The notes: generated from the letters alone by a model not told the origin. A DNA stretch of 20,000 bases from an uncultured virus (IMG/VR IMGVR_UViG_3300044623_000338) (IMGVR_UViG_3300044623_000338); one strand, 5' to 3'. Numbered from the stretch's first letter, positions 9,751-16,589 are shown. A program made the numbers and translations.

Positions 9751-9963
9751 TTATTCGTCTAGTATACTTAGTAATGGGTCTCTTGTCAATGGGGTCTCAT
9801 GCATCCACTTGCGTAACTGATTCTTACAGTTTTTCCTTTCTTGAGACTTAACCCTTATTGCCATCTTACAAAGTGCATCTATATGACGGTCTATTAAACT
9901 CTCTGGCAGTCCTGCATCAACTGCCATAGTCTGAACGGATTTAACCGCTACCTCTATCTTCAT
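9751..9963 (-). CDS. Hypothetical protein
   Basis: 70-aa ORF with ATGA overlap to the upstream gene, in operon orientation. Confidence 0.6.
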   Translation of the reverse strand: MKIEVAVKSVQTMAVDAGLPESLIDRHIDALCKMAIRVKSQERKNCKNQLRKWMHETPLTRDPLLSILDE

Positions 9964-10244
9964 TTCTTTTTACCTAGAGGCTCATTCTTTTTTACTGTGT
10001 GGTCTGCATTACGTGAGAAGGATCGGTTTTGTGAAGGGGTTCTTAGTCTTAAGTTAGCCGCTCCATTACCTGCTTTAGTACCTTTGATATGGTCTATGTC
10101 CTTACCCGTTCTGTTTACACCCGCTTTGTCTGCCGCTCTCCTAGCACGTTGTCTTTCCATCCTAGCCTCATGTGCACCGGGACGGCTCTTCTCCAGCTCT
10201 ATCTCACGAGCTACGTTCCTATCTGCTTTGTTTTTGTATGGCAT
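9960..10244 (-). CDS. Small HNH-fold endonuclease-like protein
   Basis: GKDIDHIKG..AGN..NLRL...S.NRS beta-beta-alpha-Me pattern after a basic helical N-terminus. Confidence 0.7.
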   Translation of the reverse strand: MPYKNKADRNVAREIELEKSRPGAHEARMERQRARRAADKAGVNRTGKDIDHIKGTKAGNGAANLRLRTPSQNRSFSRNADHTVKKNEPLGKKK

Positions 10245-10386
10245 TTTGTATGTCCCTTTGTTTTACTGCTTCGTTATGTATTATCTGTTCAATTTTCAAA
10301 TCAAGTTCGATCCGCTTGTAATCCACCGAGTCAGTACGAACGTCGTAATATCTATGCGTTGCGTTACTTGTTCTACTTATCCCCAT
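10219..10386 (-). CDS. Hypothetical protein (55 aa, MGISRTS...)
   Basis: ATG at 10386 is preceded by a GGAGA SD and overlaps both neighbours slightly. The longer 10443 start overlaps the nuclease gene and is unlikely. Confidence 0.5.
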   Translation of the reverse strand: MGISRTSNATHRYYDVRTDSVDYKRIELDLKIEQIIHNEAVKQRDIQNAIQKQSR

Positions 10387-11065
10387 TGTATCTCCCGTTA
10401 TGTATACACCGTGTAGCTTGGCACCACTGACGGCACAAGCCATTAGGCTTAGTATTAAAGATACCTGTTTCGTAAGCTACCTCACGCTGAGTGAGGACTT
10501 CTTTTAGCTTGTCAAATATCTCGAATCGTTTATCATACGTGTACTCAGCTTTTATTATCTCTTTCGACACTACAAACAGTAGCATCCCTTTAATAACTTT
10601 AAGGGCTGGGTATTTCAAGAACACCGCCGCAGCTAGTAGTGCAAGCTGCTTAGGGTCTGCATACTTGGCAGACTTACCTGTCTTATAGTCCACAATATAC
10701 GCCTTACCTGCCGCCTCGTCTACAATAACTAAATCCGCAATTCCCCGCCAGTACCTATCCTCTGCCTCAAACTCGCACAGTGCGTACTCTCCATCTTCTA
10801 ACTTAATACCCAGTTCAAGCTCACAGAACTTATCGCCATTGATATTATTTAATGTATCAAGGTAGCTCTTAATATAGTTGTACTTCTCAGGCAACGGGGT
10901 GCTTGATCCTATATAGTGTTCTGCCGCCGAATGGACATCCTTACCATACAGTGTGGCATCTGTATCAGTAAAAGGAACGTACTTTAAAACCTTATGGGCT
11001 TCGTATTGTTTTGGGCAAGTGATAAACTGGCTCAGTGAACTGTATGAGAAGCTAGGTGTTTTCAT
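10373..11065 (-). CDS. PD-(D/E)xK exonuclease, RecB/Cas4-like
   Basis: SYSSL...CP, G..VH, CELEL, RGIADL, VDYKTGK, QL, and a C-terminal C..WC....C cluster (possible Fe-S ligands). Confidence 0.88.
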   Translation of the reverse strand: MKTPSFSYSSLSQFITCPKQYEAHKVLKYVPFTDTDATLYGKDVHSAAEHYIGSSTPLPEKYNYIKSYLDTLNNINGDKFCELELGIKLEDGEYALCEFEAEDRYWRGIADLVIVDEAAGKAYIVDYKTGKSAKYADPKQLALLAAAVFLKYPALKVIKGMLLFVVSKEIIKAEYTYDKRFEIFDKLKEVLTQREVAYETGIFNTKPNGLCRQWCQATRCIHNGRYNGDK

Positions 11066-11208
11066 CGTTGGTGTTTAATTATGTTATCGCCCCAAAGCTC
11101 GGACTCTTTATAACACTCAGTGCATATCTTTAAGTTAAGCGAATAGTATTGTCGGAACCTTGAGCACTTATGTGGAGGACAGAACCATCTCTTAAATAGT
11201 TTTCTCAT
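11062..11208 (-). CDS. Small Cys-rich (zinc-ribbon-like) protein, 48 aa
   Basis: Hand translation: MRKLFKRWFCPPHKCSRFRQYYSLNLKICTECYKESELWGDNIIKHQR*. ATGA overlaps at both ends; below the ORF-track cutoff. Confidence 0.65.
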   Translation of the reverse strand: MRKLFKRWFCPPHKCSRFRQYYSLNLKICTECYKESELWGDNIIKHQR

Positions 11209-11471
11209 TTCTGTTGCACCTCTATTAGTTTAGCTATGTAATGAGCCGCCTTCCCTGCATCTTGAGAGTGCTCTTTCTTACCGTCTCTCATTGAGTATTT
11301 AATAATGTTCCCTTTAAGAAAACCTACAAACTCTTCATAAGTTAATATAGATTCCATTACTGTCCAAGGTTGTATTGACATATCTTTATAGTGATCCCCA
11401 CCAACCTGCATGTTGTCTACACTACTCTTTGCTTTCCATAAGGGTTTCACAGTTGTCTCTTCGGTAATCAT
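11205..11471 (-). CDS. DUF3310 / SaV-like protein
   Basis: QVGGDHYKDMSIQPW...GFLKGNIIKYSMRDGKK....D..KA.HY. The likely start is ATG 11471 (GAGGA SD); the track start at 11543 is also possible. Confidence 0.8.
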   Translation of the reverse strand: MITEETTVKPLWKAKSSVDNMQVGGDHYKDMSIQPWTVMESILTYEEFVGFLKGNIIKYSMRDGKKEHSQDAGKAAHYIAKLIEVQQK

Positions 11472-11529
11472 TTTATAATCCTCATATTGTTTAGGGTAGC
11501 ACCAAAGGTTTATAGGGGGGAATATGAAG

Positions 11530-11694
11530 TCAGCCCATTTCATTTTTTAAAGTTTTTTCTTTTTCGTATAGCTCTACTACTTGTTCGTATTCTTCCTCCG
11601 TTAATATCATCCTAAGCACGTTTAGTCGTGTTTGCTCAGATAAAGTAACAAATTTTGGAAACGCTTTCATGTACACATTTTCTTCTCTACCCAT
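11530..11694 (-). CDS. Hypothetical protein, 54 aa
   Basis: Hand translation MGREENVYMKAFPKFVTLSEQTRLNVLRMILTEEEYEQVVELYEKEKTLKNEMG*; TGATG coupling with the upstream gene. Confidence 0.55.
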   Translation of the reverse strand: MGREENVYMKAFPKFVTLSEQTRLNVLRMILTEEEYEQVVELYEKEKTLKNEMG

Positions 11695-11891
11695 CACCAT
11701 CCACTCCTCTCTGCGCTTTCAGTACATTCTTTACTACACCACCGCCTACCATCTGTTATAGGGGCGTCACATTCCCAGCATTGCCCCGACTGATTAGGAA
11801 AGATGTCTAATTTAGCACCTTTTGCCATCTCTATCTGCTTGTCTAGTATAAGCTGGGCTTGGTCGTTGGCTTTATCTGCAATGTCAGCCAT
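11694..11891 (-). CDS. DksA/TraR-like C4 zinc-finger protein
   Basis: N-terminal MADIADKA (TraR-like DxxDxA) plus CWEC...WCSKEC zinc finger. Confidence 0.75.
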   Translation of the reverse strand: MADIADKANDQAQLILDKQIEMAKGAKLDIFPNQSGQCWECDAPITDGRRWCSKECTESAERSGW

Positions 11892-11955
11892 ATCTTTCTC
11901 TTGCTTTAAAAGGGTTCTTTTTCTTACGGTTCTTGTTCGATTGTTTAAGTGCCAT
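11884..11955 (-). CDS. Possible 23-aa basic peptide
   Basis: MALKQSNKNRKKKNPFKARERYG*. Starts 1 nt after the polymerase stop with AGGA upstream and overlaps the DksA-like start. Confidence 0.35.
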   Translation of the reverse strand: MALKQSNKNRKKKNPFKARERYG

Positions 11956-11956
11956 C

Positions 11957-13786
11957 TTATCCTGCATCTTTTAAGCTTCTACCATACCCACCTTCAGCCG
12001 CTAGTGGTATACCGGGCATCCATGAGGGAACCTTAGTCATCTCTTCTATTAAAAAGTCTAAGGCTTCCTGTGCCTCAGCTTCAGGAGCAAGGATATATAG
12101 AGCATCATGAATAGTAAGTACGATAGGATACCGCTTATTCACTCTAACCATTGCTTCTGACATAATGCATCGGGCTGTGCCCTGCACTAGATTGTTTGTT
12201 AATTTACCGCCGTATAGTCTATCATAGCCATTGCGTAGTTTGTACTTATATCCTTGCTCTCCTGTCTTCTCATCTATAACATTAGCAAGTTGTGGATACT
12301 GCATGTACATACCTGATGGGAACCTAATGCCTTTAGTACCCTCTACTACATACAAGTTCCCAGTGCCAAACGTGTACTCCCCGTTCTCTGCTATAGTTTT
12401 AATAGCAGTAGTACATAACTTCCATAGATTAGTAACGCCTGTGTAAGTGGCTCTGTATAGGTCAACGATCCGCTTAGACTCTACCTCGCCTAAGTCTACC
12501 CCCGAAAGAGTTTTTATTGCCAGCCTTAGCTTGGTAGCCCCCACCCCAAATATTAATGATAGCTGCGATTGCTTACCTATAAACCTTTGTTCTTTAGTAA
12601 CCTCATCATAGGGAACATCAAAGGCTTTACTAGCAAACTCTTTATATAAATCCCCACCCTCACCTAATAACCTTAGTGCTTCTGTCTCACCAGCTACCCA
12701 CATACCCACACGTAGTTCTATGTTTGATAAGTCAGCACCTACTATTAGATAGCCTTCAGGGGCTATGATCGCTTCTTTAATCATGCTTCCCCTAGGTAGG
12801 TTCTGGAAGTTCACCTTCTGCCCACCACCCGCAGACCATCTACCTGTAGCCGCACCATAGTAGTTAAGGGGGATAGGTAGCCTACCCATACGATTTGCAA
12901 TGCCTATAAACCGCTCAGTGCGTGTCTCTTCTATAGTAGACTTAACTCCTAACCTAGCGGCAACCAATGCTTGTACTACTAAGTTAGGGTGTTCAAGTAA
13001 GTCCTTCAGCCCATCATCCGTCTTAGCAAACGCATAGGTCATCTTACCTGTCCTAAGAGATAACTTCATTGGCACATCTACCCCATAGTATTCTAACAAC
13101 TTAGCGAACTTAGGGTTACTCATAATCTCAGACTTATCAGCAGATACTTGTTCTAGTATAAACTCCTTGGCTCTCTTCACTTCATACAAGTGGCTCTCCA
13201 GTATAGCCATATCTACCATCAACCTAGGCACAACACCCATCTTAATGGTCATATCTATTAGGCTTAACTCAGTGGCGTTGTAATGGGCTATAAGCTTTTG
13301 GAATAAGGCATAGGTTAACTCAGTATCATTAATACAATACTCTCCATACTTAGCTAACTCAGCCGCAGTAAAGTCTTTTAAGTGCTTACCCAATGCATCT
13401 ACTACCTCAGTACCTTTCTCTCCTAGCTCATAATGTGTCGCTAGTTTAGCTAGGCTCCCCCCTACCGATATACCATGTATAGCTCTAGCCATAGATAGAG
13501 TGTCGATATATCTAGCAGGGTAAATGTTAAACGCAAGAGACAAGATGCTGGCATCAAAGAAACAGTTGTGTGCTATCAGGGTAATGTTCTTCCAATTAAA
13601 TTGATTAAGCGTTTCAGCTATCTCTAATTGACTGCCTGTGTACCACGCCGTTGGTGTATCCCCTAACTTAATAGACAGTCCAATAACTTCAAACTCATCA
13701 CCATTTATATACTCTTCTGTAGTAAGTTTAGATAGGCTATATGATTTGGAATAGAAGCTCTCAAAATCTATCGACATTAGTTGCAT
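11957..13786 (-). CDS. DNA polymerase family A (3'-5' exonuclease + polymerase, no 5'-3' exonuclease)
   Basis: Exo I SIDFES, Exo II AHNCFFD, Exo III YCINDT, TGRWS, NFQNLP, motif A ADLSNIELR, motif B RFIGKQSQLSLIFG, motif C TIHDA. Confidence 0.93.
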   Translation of the reverse strand: MQLMSIDFESFYSKSYSLSKLTTEEYINGDEFEVIGLSIKLGDTPTAWYTGSQLEIAETLNQFNWKNITLIAHNCFFDASILSLAFNIYPARYIDTLSMARAIHGISVGGSLAKLATHYELGEKGTEVVDALGKHLKDFTAAELAKYGEYCINDTELTYALFQKLIAHYNATELSLIDMTIKMGVVPRLMVDMAILESHLYEVKRAKEFILEQVSADKSEIMSNPKFAKLLEYYGVDVPMKLSLRTGKMTYAFAKTDDGLKDLLEHPNLVVQALVAARLGVKSTIEETRTERFIGIANRMGRLPIPLNYYGAATGRWSAGGGQKVNFQNLPRGSMIKEAIIAPEGYLIVGADLSNIELRVGMWVAGETEALRLLGEGGDLYKEFASKAFDVPYDEVTKEQRFIGKQSQLSLIFGVGATKLRLAIKTLSGVDLGEVESKRIVDLYRATYTGVTNLWKLCTTAIKTIAENGEYTFGTGNLYVVEGTKGIRFPSGMYMQYPQLANVIDEKTGEQGYKYKLRNGYDRLYGGKLTNNLVQGTARCIMSEAMVRVNKRYPIVLTIHDALYILAPEAEAQEALDFLIEEMTKVPSWMPGIPLAAEGGYGRSLKDAG

Positions 13787-13811
13787 TATCTACCCCTCAA
13801 ACATAACTCTT

Positions 13812-13943
13812 TCATTCCTCACCTCCCAGTCTCTCGTTCATAGCTTTCAAATCCCTATCTATTTTGTTTACCTTTATCAAAATAGGGACCATCCATATAA
13901 GAGCTACTATCTCTACTGCTAAAACTATTAGTGCAAGTGTCAT
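13812..13943 (-). CDS. Small single-TM membrane protein, 43 aa
   Basis: MTLALIVLAVEIVALIWMVPILIKVNKIDRDLKAMNERLGGEE*; AGGAG SD, TAATG coupling. Confidence 0.6.
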   Translation of the reverse strand: MTLALIVLAVEIVALIWMVPILIKVNKIDRDLKAMNERLGGEE

Positions 13944-14065
13944 TAACATACTCCTACATTTCCAAGGAAGTAATTAATTATTATTGTCATAATAACGCCA
14001 AAAAACAAAACAACCATATTAAACATAAATATTCCACCCATAAGCATGAGCCATTCTTTAATCAT
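13943..14065 (-). CDS. Small hydrophobic membrane protein, 40 aa
   Basis: MIKEWLMLMGGIFMFNMVVLFFGVIMTIIINYFLGNVGVC*; ATGA and TAATG coupling. Confidence 0.6.
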   Translation of the reverse strand: MIKEWLMLMGGIFMFNMVVLFFGVIMTIIINYFLGNVGVC

Positions 14066-14214
14066 CGCCTTTCCCTTAATTCATTACATAAGTCTTCCCA
14101 GTTTGAAACTACATAACAAACAAGACCTACAACACCCATCACAACTATAAGTGTTATACAGCTAAGCAATACTAAAACCATTATCTCTATATAACTACAC
14201 ATCTCTTTACTCAT
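14062..14214 (-). CDS. Small single-TM membrane protein, 50 aa, starting with the array's MSKE motif
   Basis: MSKEMCSYIEIMVLVLLSCITLIVVMGVVGLVCYVVSNWEDLCNELRERR*. The start lies in GATGAGTAAAGAG, overlapping the upstream stop. Confidence 0.6.
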   Translation of the reverse strand: MSKEMCSYIEIMVLVLLSCITLIVVMGVVGLVCYVVSNWEDLCNELRERR

Positions 14215-14740
14215 CTTTAGCCCTCACTCTATAAAGTTTATCCCCGTACTCCAGTTTACCTAACCATAGTAACGGCATACCTTGTACAGAATGACTAACG
14301 TCAAATCCAACTGAGCTATCTGCTACATAGGCAAAAGGCTCTTGCTCACTCAAAGGCTCACGTTTTGGTGGTGCGGCATATAAAGGTCTTAAGTTAAATG
14401 GTTGCTTTATCTCACCTTTAAATGGTTTTTCACTCCCACAATATGCTTGTGTTGACTCAAGGTCATTCTCGTACCACTCATACATCCAAGCCACAGGCTC
14501 TACCATATCGGTAACATCAACGATATGCTCTGGTTGGGCGAGGAGTTCTTTTAGTTCGTAAATAAAATGGGCAGGTATCCTAGACTCACTATGGCTTGAT
14601 ATTCTTCTTAACAACTCTCTTTCCTCTTGCTCAGGTTTGTCGAGGAGTTCTTGTATGTCCCAATATAAGTCATAATGGGTTTCTTTTAGTCCGCGCAATA
14701 CATCTCGTGCTCTTACTAATAACTCTCTTTCTTTACTCAT
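14207..14740 (-). CDS. Mosaic array gene E (MSKERELL/EPVAW family hypothetical protein)
   Basis: Contains MSKERELL, PEQE-ERELL, AQPE, EPVAWMYEW, PLYAAPPKREPLS-EQEP and a unique C-terminus. Confidence 0.8.
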   Translation of the reverse strand: MSKERELLVRARDVLRGLKETHYDLYWDIQELLDKPEQEERELLRRISSHSESRIPAHFIYELKELLAQPEHIVDVTDMVEPVAWMYEWYENDLESTQAYCGSEKPFKGEIKQPFNLRPLYAAPPKREPLSEQEPFAYVADSSVGFDVSHSVQGMPLLWLGKLEYGDKLYRVRAKDE

Positions 14741-15129
14741 CACTCACCTCCAATACCGTGTTGTTGCTCTGCCCATTTAACACCTTTTACAAAAGCTTCT
14801 CTTGTAACATTTAACATTGATTGATTACCTACGCTGATTTGCTGTGGTGTTAAAGGATTACGAGTTGGTGGTGCGGTGTAGAGTGGTCGAAGATTTCTCA
14901 TACAATATTCTTCTTCTACAATAGGTGGATATTTTCCGTTCTTTACAGATGTCCATTCTTTGCCACCAATTTCTTCCCACTCGTACATCCAAGCCACAGG
15001 CTCTTGCTCTTGCTCAGGTTGGGCGAAGAGTTCTTTTATCTCATTGCATAATGATAGAACTATCTTCCCCTCATACGCATCATCAATTAATTGTAATGCA
15101 CGTTCCAACAACTCTCTTTCTTTACTCAT
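14740..15129 (-). CDS. Mosaic array gene D
   Basis: MSKERELL..AQPEQEQEPVAWMYEW..PLYTAPPTRNPLT..WAEQQHGIGGE; ATG 15129 follows GGAGGT. Confidence 0.8.
   Translation of the reverse strand: MSKERELLERALQLIDDAYEGKIVLSLCNEIKELFAQPEQEQEPVAWMYEWEEIGGKEWTSVKNGKYPPIVEEEYCMRNLRPLYTAPPTRNPLTPQQISVGNQSMLNVTREAFVKGVKWAEQQHGIGGE
14748..14874 (-). repeat. 127-bp direct repeat, copy 1 (copy 2 at 15883-16009)
   Basis: Ungapped manual alignment, offset 1135 bp, 12 mismatches (~91% identity). Encodes the shared C-terminus of genes D and A. Confidence 0.9.
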
Positions 15130-15418
15130 CGTCACCTCCAATACCGTGTGCTTTTTCTATTGCTCTTGCAAAGTTACGAACCATAAAAGTTTTACCAGAA
15201 TGTTTATCACCCCACAAAATAGCAATTTCCTCATCACTCAAAGGCTCACGTTGTGAAGCTTTTTTACCTTGCTCATATCCCAGCCGATGCCATCGCGCAA
15301 TCCTATCCTCAACAGCCTCTTGCTCAGGTTGGGCGAGGAGTTCTTTTATTTCATCAACAAGCTCGCCTTCCCACATATAATCTACAATTTTTCTAAGTAT
15401 CTCTCTTTCTTTACTCAT
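15122..15418 (-). CDS. Mosaic array gene C
   Basis: MSKEREIL..AQPEQE..GYEQG..REPLSDEE..ARAIEKAHGIGGDDE. Confidence 0.8.
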   Translation of the reverse strand: MSKEREILRKIVDYMWEGELVDEIKELLAQPEQEAVEDRIARWHRLGYEQGKKASQREPLSDEEIAILWGDKHSGKTFMVRNFARAIEKAHGIGGDDE

Positions 15419-15879
15419 CACTCACCTCCAATGCCGTGTGCTTTTTCTATTGCTCTTCCGATTTCAACAAAAGGTATTTCCCCTCTAACTCCCTCCTTCC
15501 AGATAGCCCTCATTTCTTCATCACTCAAAGGTTCACGTTTTGGTGAACTTAAATATTTACCATCGTTAAATCCTTGATTGTACCCTTCTCGTAAAGCTTC
15601 TCGTAAATCATGGTTTTGTGGAACTGTGTAGAGTGGTATAAAATTTCTAGCTAAAAAATTAGCTTCAACATTAGGCTTATCTTTTCCCATATTTACATAC
15701 TTACAGGTAGGTTGCCCTGTAGTCGTTGTATCCCATTCATACATCCAAGCCACAGGCTCTTGCTCAGGTTGGGTGAGTAGTACATCATTAGCTTCTTTAA
15801 ATAACGGGTTAAGGTTTGCACCTACATCAATCATAAAATCTAAACACCTTTTCAACAGCTCTCTTTCTTCACTCATCAT
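15418..15879 (-). CDS. Mosaic array gene B
   Basis: MMSEERELL..QPEQEPVAWMYEW..PLYT..GYNQG..PKREPLSDEE..GRAIEKAHGIGGE. Confidence 0.8.
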   Translation of the reverse strand: MMSEERELLKRCLDFMIDVGANLNPLFKEANDVLLTQPEQEPVAWMYEWDTTTTGQPTCKYVNMGKDKPNVEANFLARNFIPLYTVPQNHDLREALREGYNQGFNDGKYLSSPKREPLSDEEMRAIWKEGVRGEIPFVEIGRAIEKAHGIGGE

Positions 15880-16234
15880 CTACTCCAATACCGTGTGCTT
15901 TTTCAGCCCACTTAACACCCTTTACAAAAGCCTCTCTTGTAACATTAAACATTGATTGATTACCCACGCTTATTTGCTGTGGTGTTAAAGGATTACGAGT
16001 TGGCGGTGCTAGGTACAAAGGAACATCAGTATTTTTAAGGCTTTCAGTATCGTTTGTTAAAAATCTTAATGCGTATCCTGTAGACTCTTGCAAGCTCTTT
16101 AGACTCCCATCATCAATCCAAGCCACAGGCTCTTGCTCAGGTTGTTCCAATAGTTCTTCAGCTTCACAACTTAGCTCGTAATCTAACCATCTAGTTGCTA
16201 AAATCTTTTTCAGTAACTCTCTTTCTTTACTCAT
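15869..16234 (-). CDS. Mosaic array gene A
   Basis: MSKERELL..QPEQEPVAW..PLYLAPPTRNPLT..WAEKAHGIGVDDE; ATG 16234 via TGATG coupling. Confidence 0.8.
   Translation of the reverse strand: MSKERELLKKILATRWLDYELSCEAEELLEQPEQEPVAWIDDGSLKSLQESTGYALRFLTNDTESLKNTDVPLYLAPPTRNPLTPQQISVGNQSMFNVTREAFVKGVKWAEKAHGIGVDDE
15883..16009 (-). repeat. 127-bp direct repeat, copy 2
   Basis: See copy 1 at 14748-14874. Confidence 0.9.
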
Positions 16235-16437
16235 CACACACCCCACTCTATAAAGAAATCACAGTTAGTATCATCACCATTCAGTTCAATACTTGCATCC
16301 ATAAACCATTTGTATGGGTCAGTACCATCTATCTCAATAGTTAAATACCGTTGGCATACGTTCTTCTTATCGCACATCGATCCTACACACCTAGATGTGT
16401 CATTGTTTAAAGGTCTGCTCATTTGATGTAGTTTCAT
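16234..16437 (-). CDS. Small Cys-rich phage protein
   Basis: DTSRC.GSMC.KK.VCQRY...CDFF; coupled on both sides. Confidence 0.7.
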   Translation of the reverse strand: MKLHQMSRPLNNDTSRCVGSMCDKKNVCQRYLTIEIDGTDPYKWFMDASIELNGDDTNCDFFIEWGV

Positions 16438-16589
16438 TTCGCTCTCCAGTACATGCTATGTATTGCCTTAGTACACCTACGTATAGGTGGTATAACCTCA
16501 AATGTATATTTAGAATCATCTTTAAACTTACCGTCTCTCTTGGCTTCTAAGAACCATGCTATACGGCACCTCGGATTTATAACCCTCAT
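16434..16589 (-). CDS. Hypothetical protein, 51 aa
   Basis: MRVINPRCRIAWFLEAKRDGKFKDDSKYTFEVIPPIRRCTKAIHSMYWRAK*; AGGAG SD, TGATG and ATGA coupling. Confidence 0.6.
   Translation of the reverse strand: MRVINPRCRIAWFLEAKRDGKFKDDSKYTFEVIPPIRRCTKAIHSMYWRAK

Larger units (their letters stand above)
14721..16236 (-). repeat. Dispersed gene-junction direct repeat (minus-strand consensus CACGGTATTGGAGGTGAGTGATGAGTAAAGAAAGAGAG)
   Basis: Copies at ~14721-14760, 15110-15167, 15401-15457 and 15859-15904. A start-half copy lies at 16215-16236 and a remnant at 14203-14215. Confidence 0.9.

Noticed and set aside
14721..15904. Integron attC cassettes or shufflon
   Set aside because: The junctions have no inverted-repeat attC structure, all repeats are direct, and no tyrosine or serine recombinase is visible in the window.
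14748..16009. Diversity-generating retroelement TR/VR pair (8 of 12 mismatches fall on coding-strand adenines of copy 1)
   Set aside because: The mismatches are mostly silent third positions and four are at non-A bases. Both copies are coding C-termini, and no reverse transcriptase is present in the window.
14207..16236. CRISPR array (repeats plus a Cas4-like nuclease nearby)
   Set aside because: Repeat spacing is ~290-530 bp and irregular, and the repeats are protein-coding and non-palindromic. The nuclease is a standard phage PD-(D/E)xK protein.
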